Positions 26,330-38,715 of a DNA stretch of 64,000 nt are shown in pieces. The position numbers and the translations under genes are program-made. How positions within the stretch are numbered: the first letter of the stretch is position 1; each line of letters opens with the position of its first letter. The notes beneath the pieces were generated by a model that saw only the letters and a program-made list of their open reading frames with translations, did no database searches and had not been told where the DNA came from. The stretch is from Balanoglossus misakiensis (Eukaryota; Animalia; Hemichordata). The stretch spans positions 3,844,001 to 3,908,000 of the forward strand of contig CM082590.2 of assembly GCA_040954595.2 (NCBI GenBank), in the 5' to 3' direction.

Positions 26330-27165
26330 TCTTATTTGCATATTCCTGACCCCATCAAAATTCCAATTAACAAAATCAGGTAGGGGCACCATAACACACA
26401 TATTACCAAATTTCAGCTCCATCGTACATGTAGTTAGGGAGAAGAAGATTTTTGACCAAAAATTCTATTTTTAAATCTAATTTGCATGTTTATGACCCCA
26501 TCATATCAAAATTAACAAAATCAGGTAGGGGCACCATAACACACATTCCTACCAAATTTCAGCTCCATCGTACATGTAGTTATGGAGAAGAAGATTTTTG
26601 ACCAACAATTCTATTTTTAAATCTAATTTGCATATTCATGACCCGATCAAATCCAAATTAACAAAATCAGGTAGGGATACCATAACACACATTCCTACCA
26701 AATTCCACCTCCATCTACATGTAGTTAGGGAGAAGAAGATTTTTTACCAAAAAATCTATTTTTAGATCTTATTTGCATATTTACGACCCCATCATATCCA
26801 AATTAACAAAATCAAGTAGGGGCACCATAACACCCATTCCTACCAAATTTCAGCTCCATCGTACATGTAGTTATGGAGAAGAAGATTTTTGACCAACAAT
26901 TCTATTTTTAGATCTAATTTGCATATTCATTACCCGATCAAATCCAAATTAACAAAATCAGGTAGGAACACCATAACACACATTCCTACAAAATTTCAGC
27001 TAAATATGCCAAGCTGTTTTAAAGAAGAAGATTGAAATACCAAAAGTTGACGGACGACGGAAGGACGGACGACGGAAGGACGGATGACGGACGGACGGAC
27101 GGACAGACACTTATCAACCTACTGCTACAGCTCGGCTGACACAAGTGACAGCAGAGCTAAAAAAT
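26330..27165 (+). mobile_element. HINE/pearl-like element with internal ~145-bp tandem array
   Basis: About five copies of 'aacaaaatcaggtaggggcaccataacacac...' (period ~145), then a (GGAC/GAC)n microsatellite at 27049-27105 and terminal hairpin agctcggctg...cagcagagct followed by an A-run. Confidence 0.8.
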
Positions 27166-27846
27166 CTGCGGCCATGTCCAGGTCACAGGCTAAGCGTATT
27201 TGTATATTTTTCATGGGTTATAGCTCATAAAAACTGTCAATAGATGAAAAATTTACGACTTTGCTGATGATTGTTAATCAACTGATGCAAAGAACAAACA
27301 ATAGCTATGAAAATACGCCTAGTCTGTCGCCCAGTGACACCAATCGGAGTACCCATTTAGAGTAATGAAAACTTTAACAAACCACAAAAAAGGTTTTGTA
27401 CATCACCACAATAGGATGAATTGGTTGTAAATGGCCATGTAAACATGTTGTATATTTGTCCTGTGAACTTTAGAATCTGGATTGTATGATTTCAAATATT
27501 TGCTCAGCAACAGATACCCAAGCCGTCACGCAGTTACACCCATTGGAAAATGGTATCACCCACACCAAGGTGGGCGGAAGTTGGTCCTGGCGCTGTTTTT
27601 CCCATGATTCAAATTACAGTAAATGCCATATTGGAAATTCTGCCAACTTTCCCTCGATTTTGTAAAAAAATCGCGCAACTTATAAATTGTGAATGTTTTT
27701 TCTGGAAGAGTGACCTCAAAGCTACCAAATTATGCAGAAATCAGCTACGCCGGATTTCCCATTTAAGGAAAGATTGTTCAAGACAAAAGTAATGGCTTGA
27801 ATAGAATATTACATGCACATTTCTATTAAGGACACCTCTCTATTAA

Positions 27847-28180
27847 AGGGACAAAGTCTCTCTTTCACTGCCCTTTTCCCATTAATAAGGTTTGATACAA
27901 GACACTGTTTATGTTAATGTGCATATGTAGTGAATGAACTTTTAACCATACACAACTTCCATCCCGCATGTATGATATGGGAGTAAAAACGAATAAATGG
28001 TAGAGACTGATTATTTGGCGAGTTTTTTTCACTCTCATGTCCACAAGCAGGATGGACTTTGTGTGTGGTTGAATGTTGATTCACTATATATCCACATGTA
28101 GAATAACATAAATGGTGTCTTGTATCAGATATAATTAATGGAATAAGGGGCAGCGAGCGAGAGAGAGAGCCTGTATCCCT
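27847..28180. mobile_element. Kolobok-type MITE (AGGGACAAAG family)
   Basis: TTAA|AGGGACAAAGTCTCTCT...GAGAGCCTGTATCCCT|TTAA; second copy at 37977-38322; inserted in a mariner-like remnant. Confidence 0.8.
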
Positions 28181-28387
28181 TTAAGGACATGTTGTGTGGT
28201 CCCAGAGGTGCCCTTACTAGGCAGGTTTCAAATGTACTTCACACGTCAGTTTTACTCCACTGTAGGTATGGAATCATTTCCTGGTTGACATGGTGAGCTT
28301 TACATAAACAGATAAACCACCTCAAAAAGTGGGGCCCATAATTAGAGAATGATCTTTAACCTCAAATTTTACCATAATTATTGAATA

Positions 28388-28478
28388 TCGCAAAGTCTTC
28401 ATATCGTCAAATAACTGCAATGCAGTACTCAGACCTTCAGAAATCATACTGTATTTCTCACCTGCTCCTGACAACAAT
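28388..28478 (-). pseudogene. MED25: MED25 von Willebrand A (VWA) domain exon fragment
   Basis: Acceptor gtatttcag|; [30 protein letters not shown] matches the MED25 VWA motif (human [28 protein letters not shown]). No GT donor where similarity ends. Confidence 0.85.
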
Positions 28479-28770
28479 CTGAAATACAACACAGAACAAT
28501 CATTTAACAAAAAGTGTACGTAAACAATGTCTACTCTGATTGTAGACAGATTTGATTAAACATTTTATGAAACATTTAAAGGTAGAAACCTCTAATAAGA
28601 GCAAGCGAGTCAAAGGACAAAACTGAGACTTTGTCCCTTTAACCCTTTCACCCCCAGTTCCTTCTATACAGGTTTAACCTTTTCATAGATAACAGTTTGG
28701 ACTGAACCTTGGTTGTGAACTGGTTAATGGGTTTCAATCATTAGTGTTCTTTAAAATAAAAGGGTGTTAC

Positions 28771-29070
28771 TTAAGGGTTATTACACTGAGTTTGGTCGAT
28801 AACGCGTCATATTTGAGTGATGTCCGTATTATGGACATCACGAGGATGCGTTACGTTATCGACCAAACTTAGTGTAATAACCCCTTTATCATACATGAAC
28901 AGTAGCCCATTGCCAAGTGTGACAGGGCGATGCGATCAGGTGATCAACGTATAGGCCCTAGTATCATTCTAAGAGGGTTGGCAGCTTTCATTATGATGGG
29001 CACATGTGATTCAGGTCCCTCCCATCTTAGCTGAGCTTGGGATCGCTTCGCCTAAGTTTATATGACAAGG
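28771..29070. mobile_element. Hairpin-ended non-autonomous element (Crypton-like), copy B
   Basis: Palindrome gggttattacactgagtttggtcgataacg...cgttatcgaccaaacttagtgtaataaccc + tttatcatacatg; shares 'tagtatcatt..gggttggcagctttca..atgggcacat' with 3145-3196. Confidence 0.6.
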
Positions 29071-29137
29071 GTGTTAGACCATTCCTATAACATTAGGCTA
29101 GCTATATCGTATATATGCCTTAATGAATTAATTAATA

Positions 29138-29207
29138 TGACTGACTGACTGACTGACTGACTGACTGAATGACTGAATGAATGAATCAATCAATCAATCA
29201 ATCAATC
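29138..29207. repeat. Compound microsatellite (TGAC)n(TGAA)n(TCAA)n
   Basis: Directly visible. Confidence 0.9.
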
Positions 29208-30473
29208 ACCCAGACATGGCCTGGAAGGATTCACCCCCTGTTGAGATGTCGGCACCCCCTAGCAAATTGTCACAGGTGGGGTGGTCAGTGGCCCTTAAAA
29301 TGATGTCACTCACATGATAGAGATATTAATTACATAACCCCTTTCCAGAGTGTGCTCTATTTACAGTCTGCACTATATACAGGTAAATGTGTAATGATAT
29401 TTCAAGTACTTTTGGAATCACAGGACAGTAGAAAGGTTGATTGAACAAAATGTTTGAAAGTCACTCAACATGTATTGGAACAGCTCTTACAGACATCACA
29501 TCATCATTCAACGCTAAATCTTCATAACTTTTACATACTGTTAATATAAATATAATTACTTTTCTTTAAATATCATCCAAATATTACAATGTTTCTAGCA
29601 ATTTCATAAACTGCATTAAGATAATACTGTGTGTATGATATATACTTTGTGGATAGGATACAGATCTTTGCTTATTACCAAGAATATAACACCATGTGTT
29701 TTGATTTTAAATGCAGTTTGGAGCTGACTGTGTTGCATTTTGACTGCAAAATTAAAATATTTAGTTACATTTTCTTGCATTTAGTGTTGAAAATGTCACT
29801 TTCAGCTTTAAAATGAGCACTGATATCTATGGAACTAGAAGAATTGTGCTTTCTATTCTACAACAAACAATATTTACATTTAATCAAACAACAGGTGGAT
29901 ATTTGACAGTCAATCAATAAATATGATATACGTATGAGTTGCATGTACAAAACTAGACACATGTATGTATGTGATATTTAAAGGGACATTAACTGTAACA
30001 CATGCTCTACCCAGAACTCCACTTTTCAACATAACCTGTATGTGTGTAACGGCTATTGAATTGAATTCTAGTCCAGACTTGAATTCAAATTTAGAATAAC
30101 AATACTGACTAGACACACCTATATTTCATCATGATTCAGGGATCTGAACAAGACACTGCAGTAAATACTTAAAACAAAAATACTGAAAACAAAGGGAAAA
30201 GTTACAGCTAATGAAGCTTTAAATATGTTCAGACACAAGTAGAACAGGCAATCAAAACACATTATAAACATTAAGAAAAACACCCAAAGTTACATGTACT
30301 ACCGGTATCTATGGGGGCCCGTTCTCCTGAAAATTGTAATTTATTAATAAAACGTGTTAGAATTAATTTCATAGAGCCTGGAATTAATTTTACCAGTATA
30401 TAGAATTATTTTTTATGTGCTTTAATTATTTTTTGTAGTCATGCAGAATTAATTTTATGTGTTCTAAATAATT

Positions 30474-31973
30474 ATTAGGGCCCAAGCGCACGCAAGCGCT
30501 TGGGCCCTATTGGTTTCGTTGGAATTTTTCTTTCTTGCTTGCTTTCTTTCTTTCTTTCTTTCTTTATTCTTGTGTCAATTCTTCGGCCAACTAAATCTCT
30601 GAAACTACTGCAGGTACACTGCTCAAACTTGCTACAGTGGTCAAGGTCTATGAGTAGATGTGCAGTGACTTGTGAATACTTAATTAGTCACGTGACCTGG
30701 CGGCCATATTGGATTTTCTGAAAAAATGCAAATCTCAGATCTCAGAAACTACAAGTCAGATCGACTTCAAATTTGGCATGCAGGTAGACTACCTTCTACC
30801 CATCATTTTTGTAATTGGATATTTTGCTGTAAATGTTGCAGTTTTTTTGCTACAATTTTTTTTCTGAAATCTGGCTTAAATTTCAAAAATCTTCTTCTCC
30901 AGAACCGGTGATAACCGAGACACGGGGTTTGGGGTATGTGGTCACCTAACTGATGTCTATCAAGTTTGCGAAGATCATTGTGATTGGTCGAAGATTATGG
31001 CGGCCATATTGGATTTTCGAAAAACCATAGTTAAACTCCAAAAATCTTCTTCTCCAGAATGGGCGATGACTGAGTCGCAAGATTCGGGGAGTATGGTCAC
31101 TACACTGATGTCTATCAAGTTTGCAAAGAGCATTGTGATTGGTCGAAGATTATGGCGGCCATATTGGATTTTGTAAAAAGCAGTGAAAAATTGAAATTCC
31201 TTTTTCTAGTCTAAAAATTGATAACATGCAAATTCTTTTTATGGATATCAATCGTCATGTGACTAAAATATGTTACAATTTTTTGGCGATTTTTCACATG
31301 ACCTTTGACCTACATATCACACGTTATTATTTCAGCATATCTAATTCCAGGCTAACCTATAGGGCTAGACTTTTGGTTATTGATGCATGTGGATTAGTGT
31401 GTGATCAAAATATTTTGCTACTTTTCATGACCCCATTGACCTCTGCTGACCTCATTAATTATGTGCATAGCTAATTACAGGCGAACCAATAGAGGTAGAG
31501 GTTTGGTTTTTGTTAGACACAGACCAGTATGGGATCAAACTTTTTTGCCCAAATGTTGCGTGACCTCTGGTGACCTTTGACCTACTTTCGCATATCTCAG
31601 CATCCAGAGCAGATACAGCCATGGCATTTGGTAGGATGGGACCAAAATGTAAAGCCACATTTTTGGGTCACCTGTGACACCTGCTGACCTCATTAAATAT
31701 GCACATACCTAATTACAGGCGAACCAATAGAGCTAGAGTTTTGGTTTTTGTAGGACATGGACCAGTATGGGTAAAAAAAAATTGCCCAAATGTTGGGTGA
31801 CCTCAGGTGACCTTTGACCTACTTCACCCTATTTAAGCAGCAAAAATACACACGTCCTTGTTATGTCATGAGATAATACATCCAATAGAAAATTCTGTTT
31901 CTTCTCATTCATACTGTGCATATATAATTCAAGATCAGCGCTTGGGCCCGACAATGCTGCTCGCAGCTTTAAT
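30474..31973. mobile_element. Full-length HINE inserted in the left arm
   Basis: Hairpin agggcccaagcgc..gcgcttgggccct, (CTTT)n, internal duplicated blocks, subterminal IR agcgcttgggccc and end gcagctttaatt (same end at ~8972-9006); absent from the right-arm copies. Confidence 0.85.
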
Positions 31974-32681
31974 TTTAGCTTATCTTTGTTAGAAATAATT
32001 CTGCCAACATCTCAAATTATTTTTACGTGTAGACTCGAATTAATTTCACGTGTTGTGTCGAATTAATGTTACGTTGTGTCGAATTAATATTGCCCCCACA
32101 ATCCTTTGCGTGTAAATCAAGATGGCGGCAGCTGGGCATGTCTTTCTCGCCGCATAAAGTTCAAAAAGGGGCCGTTGTACAAGTTGTGAGACGTTTTGGG
32201 GCGATTTGCTGTCCAATATAAATGCAGTGTGCTCGAAAACGGCGATCAGTGCACGAGTTTTGGTCTACAGACAGAATTTTCTAGTCAAACCACTCAAAAC
32301 CACTACCAGTTGGTGTAATCACCAGCCTTGCTATGGTATAGCCCAGCTCTGCATACAGTGTTCTTGGCGTGGAGCCCGTGTCATGGCGGGAACACACAGA
32401 CCTGTACGCAGAGCTAGCTGTTGCCCCGCGTTGCCAGTTCGCCTCGATTGAATAAATGTTGACATCTGAACATATGAAAATTGTGTTAATTTGTTATTTT
32501 CAGAACTAAGAAATAGCTGTAGGGCCCAGATCCCAGGAATAAAATATTCCTTAATATTTCCTTGTAAACTCAAGTTTTGTTTAAATAAATTTAAATTAAA
32601 AGGACAAAGTCTCTCTCTACATAACCATATTTAATGATAGCTTGCATTCTAGATTTACAACTGATAAGATAGGGTGTGGGG

Positions 32682-33535
32682 CATAGACAGTAGAGGGGTT
32701 GACCCCGAAGTTTCTACCTCCTCTGTAGGCTGCATTCACAAACACCTCTGGAGGGGGGGGGGGGGGAATTCACATGCCCCCCGTGCACAGCCCGAAATAT
32801 TTTCAAATCCCCCTTCCGAACTGCCAAAATTTTGAACACCCCCCCTCCATTTTCTTTCACAGAGCAAAACACATCACCTATCTATCTTGTAAAAAAAGAA
32901 AAACAGCCCTCCGATGAAAAGAATTTTAAACTGATGTTTCCCCTCAATTTTAAACTGATGTTTCCCCTCAACAGTGGGTATTAAAACTGAACATTGTTTG
33001 TATTTTTAAGTATTTGTATACTGTGTTGGGAGACATTGTAAACCGAGAATTGAAGGGGATGGGTTTGGGAGGGGTTTCCCCCTCCCACGTAAGAAAATTT
33101 TATAAAATACAGAGCTCAAAGCTGCATTTTAATGAACACGGCAAAAGCAAATTAACTCAACTACCGGTATGTTGGGGAGGACAAATTTAACCGTCGCCGC
33201 TCAAAGTTATAATCATGAGGTTGGGGCAAGTCCCCTGACCTTGGACACTATATAAACCAGTCAGTGATTGAAAGGTGTTGATGAATGGAGGGGGTAGGTA
33301 TTAGAAAATTTTGTAAAATAAAGCGCGCGAAACTGCATTTTTGTGGACTCAAAATAAATATTTAGTCGTCAAAGTTTTCAAGTCCCCCCCCCCTTTCAGT
33401 CCCTAAATTATATCAAATTCCCCCTTACATACCCTCAATTTTTTTCAAATCCCCCCCCCCTCAATTCTCCCGCCCCCATCCAGAGGTGTTTGTGAATGCA
33501 GCCCTACTGTCTATGTATCTTTTTTTACGTCTATG
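32682..33535. mobile_element. P/hAT-like non-autonomous element with 8-bp TSD, containing a second TIR pair
   Basis: GTGTGGGG|CATAGAC...GTCTATG|GTGTGGGG; inner TIRs ggctgcattcacaaacacctctgga / tccagaggtgtttgtgaatgcagcc (~32728-33503). Confidence 0.75.
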
Positions 33536-34164
33536 GTGTGGGGTAACACAGAAACATAATCAAGTACAGAGATTGTTCAGCAAGTAATGTTCATTGTAGA
33601 AAAAAAGTATATCGGAACAGCGTTAATGCAAAGTTCCTCAAGAAATGTTAGCAGCTCCTTATGGTGTAACTCAGCCTTTACCGATACCGGCGATGCCTAC
33701 ACACCATAGTACCACAGCTCACTAGCATTGCCATAGGCAATGCTGGCGATTATCCCAACTGCGTAGTGACTAGAAAATTCCGTCTGTAGACCAAAACTCA
33801 TGCACTGATCGCCGTTATCGAGCACACTGCATTTAATTTGGACAGCAAATCGCCCCAAAACGTCTCACAACTTGTACAACGGCCCTTTTTCGAACTTTAT
33901 GCGGCAAGAAAGACATGCTCAGCCGCCGCCATGTTGATTTACGCGCAAAGGATTGTGGGGGCAATATTAATTCGACACAACGCGTGAAATTAATACGACG
34001 CTACACCTGCAATTAATTCGAAACTACACCTGTAATTAATTCGAGTCTACACATAAAAATAATTTAAGATGTTGGCAGAATTATTTCTAATAAAGATAAG
34101 CTAAAATAATTATTTAGAACACATAAAATTAATTCTGCATGACTACAAAAAATTATTTAAAAAA

Positions 34165-35985
34165 ATTGAATTCCCCCCCCCCCCCCCCCTCGAGAGGTGT
34201 TTCTGAAAGCAGCCTACAGGAGGTGGAGACTTCGGGGTCTACCCCTCTACTGTCTATGCCCCACACCCTATCTTATCAGTTGTAAATCTAGAATGCAAGC
34301 TATCCAATTTCCAATTAAATATGGTTATGTAGAGAGAGACTTTTAATTCAAATTTATTTATACAAAACTTGAGTTTACAAGGAAATATTGAGGAATATTT
34401 TATTCGCCGTTTCCTGGGATCTGGGCCCTACAGCTATTTCTTAGTTCTGAAAATAACAAATTAACACAATTTTCATATGTTCAGATGTCAACATTTATTC
34501 AATCGAGGCGAACTGGCAACGCGGGGCAACAGCTAGCTGTGCGTACAGGTCTGTGTGTTCCCGCCATGACACGGGCTCCACGCCGAGAACACTGTACGCA
34601 GAGCTGGGCTATACCATACATGTAGCAAGGCTGGTGATTACACCAACTGATAGTGGTTTTGAGTGGTTTGACTAGAAAATTCTGTCTGTAGACCAAAACT
34701 CGTGCACCGATCGCCGTTATCGAGCACACTGCATTTATATTGGACAGCATATCGCCCCAAAACGTCTCACAACTTGTACAACGGCCCCTTTTTGAACTTT
34801 ATGCGGCGAGAAAGACATGCTCAGCCGCCGCCATCTTGATTTACGCGCAAAGGATTGTGGGGGCAATATTAATTCGACACAACGTAAAATTAATTCGACA
34901 CAACACGTGAAATTAATTCGAATAAACACGTGATATTAATTCAACACTACACCTGTAATTAATTTGAGTCTACACGTAAAAATAATTCGATATGTTGGCA
35001 AAATTACTTCTAACAAAGATAAGCTAAAATAATTATTTAGAACACATAAAATTAATTCTGCATGACTACAAAAAATAATTGAATTCTCCCCCCCCCCCTC
35101 CAGAGGTGTTTGTGAAAGCAGCCTACAGGAGGTGGAGACTTCGGGGTCTACCCCTCTACTGTCTATGCCCCACACCCTATCTTATCAGTTGTAAATCTAG
35201 AATGCAAGCTATCCAATTTCCAATTAAATATGGTTATGTAGAGAGAGACTTTTAATTCAAATTTATTTATACAAAACTTGAGTTTACAAGGAAATATTGA
35301 GGAATATTTTATTCGCCGTTTCCCGCGATCTGGGCCCTACAGCTATTTCTTAGTTCTGAAAATTACAAATTAACACAATTTTCGTATGTTCAGATGTCAA
35401 AATTTATTCAATCGAGGTGAACTGGCAACGCGGGGCAACAGCTAGCTCTGCGTACATGTCTGTGTGTTCCCGCCATATCACGGCCTCCACGCCAAGAACA
35501 CTGTACGCAGAGCTGGGCTATACCAGAGCAAGGCTGGCGATTACACCTACTGGTAGTGGTTTTGAGTGGTTTGACTAGAAAATTGTGTCTGTAGACCATA
35601 ACTCGTGCACCGATCACCGTTATCGAGCACACTGCATTTATATTGGACAGCAAATCGCCCCAAAACGTCTCACAACTTGTACAACGGCCCCTTTTTGAAC
35701 TTTATGCGGCGAGAAAGACATGCTCAGCCGCCGCCATCTTGATTTACGCGCAAAGGATTGTGGGGGCAATATTAATTCAACACAACGTAAAATTAATTCG
35801 ACACAACACGTGAAATTAATTCGACCAAACACGTGATATTAATTCGACACTACACCTGAAATTAATTCGAGTCTACACGTAAAAATAATTTGAGATGTTG
35901 GCAAAATTATTTCTAACAAAGATAAGCTAAAATAATTATTTAGAACACATAAAATTAATTCTGCATTACCACAAAAAATAATTAA
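34165..35985 (-). repeat. Two tandem ~0.9-kb inverted copies of the left arm plus the left end of the P/hAT-like insert
   Basis: ORF-track twins 34499/35408 and 34735/35638 mirror 32206 on the opposite strand; each unit starts gaattc-(C)n-agaggtgttt. Confidence 0.9.
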
Positions 35986-37605
35986 AGCACATAAAAAATA
36001 ATTCTATATACTGGTAAAATTAATTCCAGGCTCTATAAAATTAATTCTAACACGTTTTATTAATAAACTACAATTTTGACCAGAAGGGGCCCCCATACTG
36101 AATGTTTGAATTTGATCTCTAGCTTTCTCAGATCCTGAAATATTTTATTTTTTAACTTTATGAATACCCCTAAAATCATGCTATCATTACTATGACAACC
36201 GTTCCTCACAGCCACACCAATCATTAATTTGACATTCTGACAGCTGGATAAACAGGCTTTCCCAAATATATGTCTGCAAAAAACTCCTTGGGTGCCGGGG
36301 GGGGGGGGGGGGGGGGGGGAGTTTGTCGGTCGCTGGCCCATGGACTATAACCAAATAATGATAGTCCCAAATAAAGCCATCAACTCCAATTTTGGATTAT
36401 TGGTGATGTTTTCTGCGATCATGCTGGATGCAATGCGGATATAATAAAACAACTCTGTGAAAAATATGTTTTTTTTATAAATTTGTTCACCTTTGTGGGT
36501 ATATTCCACAGAAAGGGTTAATCCCCTTAACCTCTCAACAAACAAACAATCATGACCATATTTGTAAACATACATATTTTTGTCACACATTATTATATTA
36601 AACAAACACACACACACACTGCAAAGAAGGAGGAAGAGCTCCCTGTGGTCTTCCCACAAACGTTGGAATCACACTGCAGTGGTCACCTGATTCAACCAGT
36701 AAAGGTCACATGAGGTCATCAATTGTTGTCGGTTTTCTGGTTGAATATTCTCTGAAAGCACGCCTTAACATTGACATTTTGCAATTGGTGTCAATAGTCA
36801 TGAACTTTAATGTATGGAGCATCACTCAGCCCCAGTTACTGAGTTGCGATAGGGCGAAATCAACAGCGGAAACTGATTGTCGATCGTCCATGCCTCTAGC
36901 TACAAGTGTTTACGGACTGAATCAGGGGACTACAGTAACGTTATCGCGATGAATGTGATTATACCCACACATTAAGTCGTGAAAACTATCTGTGATATCT
37001 TAAAACACACTAAATACTGTAATGTTTCAATACTCACTCCTCCAAATCTGTATATAGGAATAGTGATGGTGGACAGTGTGGGAGGCTTGAACCCATGACT
37101 TGCAGAAAACAGCTGATTGCTCGCTCCTTGGCTTCCCATGTTTTCGGACTTTTCCGCTATTCTTTCAGAGAAATATGACACAGTCCTGGGTGTGTAACAA
37201 ACACTGGCCAACTAACGTCCATAGAAAAGGCGACATTGGAGTTGACGACAGAAAAAACTGGCAGTTTCGCTAGCCTGCATGTCACACATGTGTTTACAGC
37301 GAAGACACTGAACGGGTCAAAGGCAACGGGTCGAAGGTCAGCAACAGCGCCCTCTTGGGGTATATTCTGCGGAACTTTTGAAATTTCCCGATCTCGTATC
37401 CTAAGGACGCCAGCAGAATTTCCTGCGGCATTTTAATTTGCATTCAAATATGAAAGTAATAAAACTAACCCGGTGTGAATTAGTTGGTTTAAAGGGGAGT
37501 TAGGGCAGGGTCTTCTTTCGGTAGTTTTGACCCCCAATAAAGCCTATCTACGGAGAGGATCTCTTATTCTTCAAATTTATTAATGAAAGTCGCGTTTATG
37601 GCTAA

Positions 37606-38692
37606 GGGACCATTCAGTTTTTACGGCCGGGGGGGGGGGGGCGGCAAAATCCAGGGGGTGGGGGTCACTTAAATTTTGAAGTCCGAAAGTGGGGGTAATA
37701 TTTTTTTAAAAACGTTTAGAGGGGTCACATACTTTTGCCACAAAACTTTTGCTTTTGAGTCCACAATTGCAGTTTCGCGCCCTTAATTTTACAAGATTTT
37801 CTAATGTGGGAGGGGGACACCCCATCCCACACCCACCCCTCCATTCTTCGCCACATTTCATTTATTGCCTGGTTTGTCTAGTGTACAAGGGCAGACTACT
37901 TGCCACCCCATTACACCGATGCGTACTTTGAGCGGAGTGGCAAAAGTAAAATTGGTCCTCCCCAATATTGAGTTAAAGGGACAAAGTCTCTCTCTCGTTG
38001 CCCTTTATTCAATTGGTTATGTTTGATACAAGACACCTTTATGTTATTCTACATTGTGGACACAAAGTGATCAACGTTCAACCACACACAACTTCCATCC
38101 AACTTGTAGACACAAGAGTTAAACACTTGCCAAAATGAATAATCGGTGTTTACCATTTATTCATTTTGGCGGGATTTTTACTCTCATATCCTACAAACAG
38201 GATGGCAGTTGTATGTGGGCAAACATCGATTCACTATATATCCACATGTAGAATAACATAAACGGTGTCTTGTATCAAACATACTTCATGGAAAAGGGCA
38301 GCGAGAGAGAGACTTTGTCCCTTTAATTTGCTTTTGAGTTCATTAAAATGCAACTTTCAGCCCGTTATTTTACAAAATGTTCTTATGTGGGAGGGGGACA
38401 ACCTCTGCCACACCCACCCCGCCACTTTTCTTGTTTTACCAATCCTACCAATCCTTTTTTGCAGCGATATACTATTATAAACTTCAATTACCTTAAGAAA
38501 TTTATAATTGAGGTGTGGACCAGGACGGCAAATGTTGTCGGCGTGGGGAGGGATCATCATATTTTTTGGCCTGTCAAAGGGGGGGGGGGTCATCATTTTT
38601 TGGTCCTGGGTGAAGGGGGAGTCGGCCTGATTTTGAAAACCCATGACACAAACTTGCCCCCCCCCCCCAAGCCGTAAAAAATGAAAGGTCCC
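37606..38692. mobile_element. PIF/Harbinger-like MITE
   Basis: TAA|GGGACCATTCAGTTTTTACGGC...GCCGTAAAAAATGAAAGGTCCC|TAA, with G/C homopolymer subterminal tracts. Confidence 0.8.
37977..38322. mobile_element. Kolobok-type MITE nested in the Harbinger MITE
   Basis: TTAA|AGGGACAAAGTCTCTCTCTCG...CGAGAGAGAGACTTTGTCCCT|TTAA. Confidence 0.85.
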
Positions 38693-38715
38693 TAAGCGTT
38701 TAAATCCTTTCCTAA

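Larger units (their letters stand above)
30310..36097. mobile_element. Long-TIR non-autonomous DNA element with TATGG ends (IS3EU-like), heavily nested
   Basis: TATGGGGGCCC at 30310 and GGGCCCCCATA at 36087-36097; long arms in inverted orientation with short 'aattaattcgac' subrepeats. No TSD visible; superfamily inferred from TAYGG termini only. Confidence 0.7.

Noticed and set aside
28638-28727. Tiny piggyBac-like TTAACCCTTT...GGTTAA element (related end near 11290-11345)
   Set aside because: Too short and degenerate to annotate confidently.
32206-35832. Repeated 'MLSNINAVCS...' and 'MF.RINFTCC...' ORFs as a small gene family
   Set aside because: They lie in duplicated TIR arms, mostly start at non-ATG codons and show no recognisable domain.
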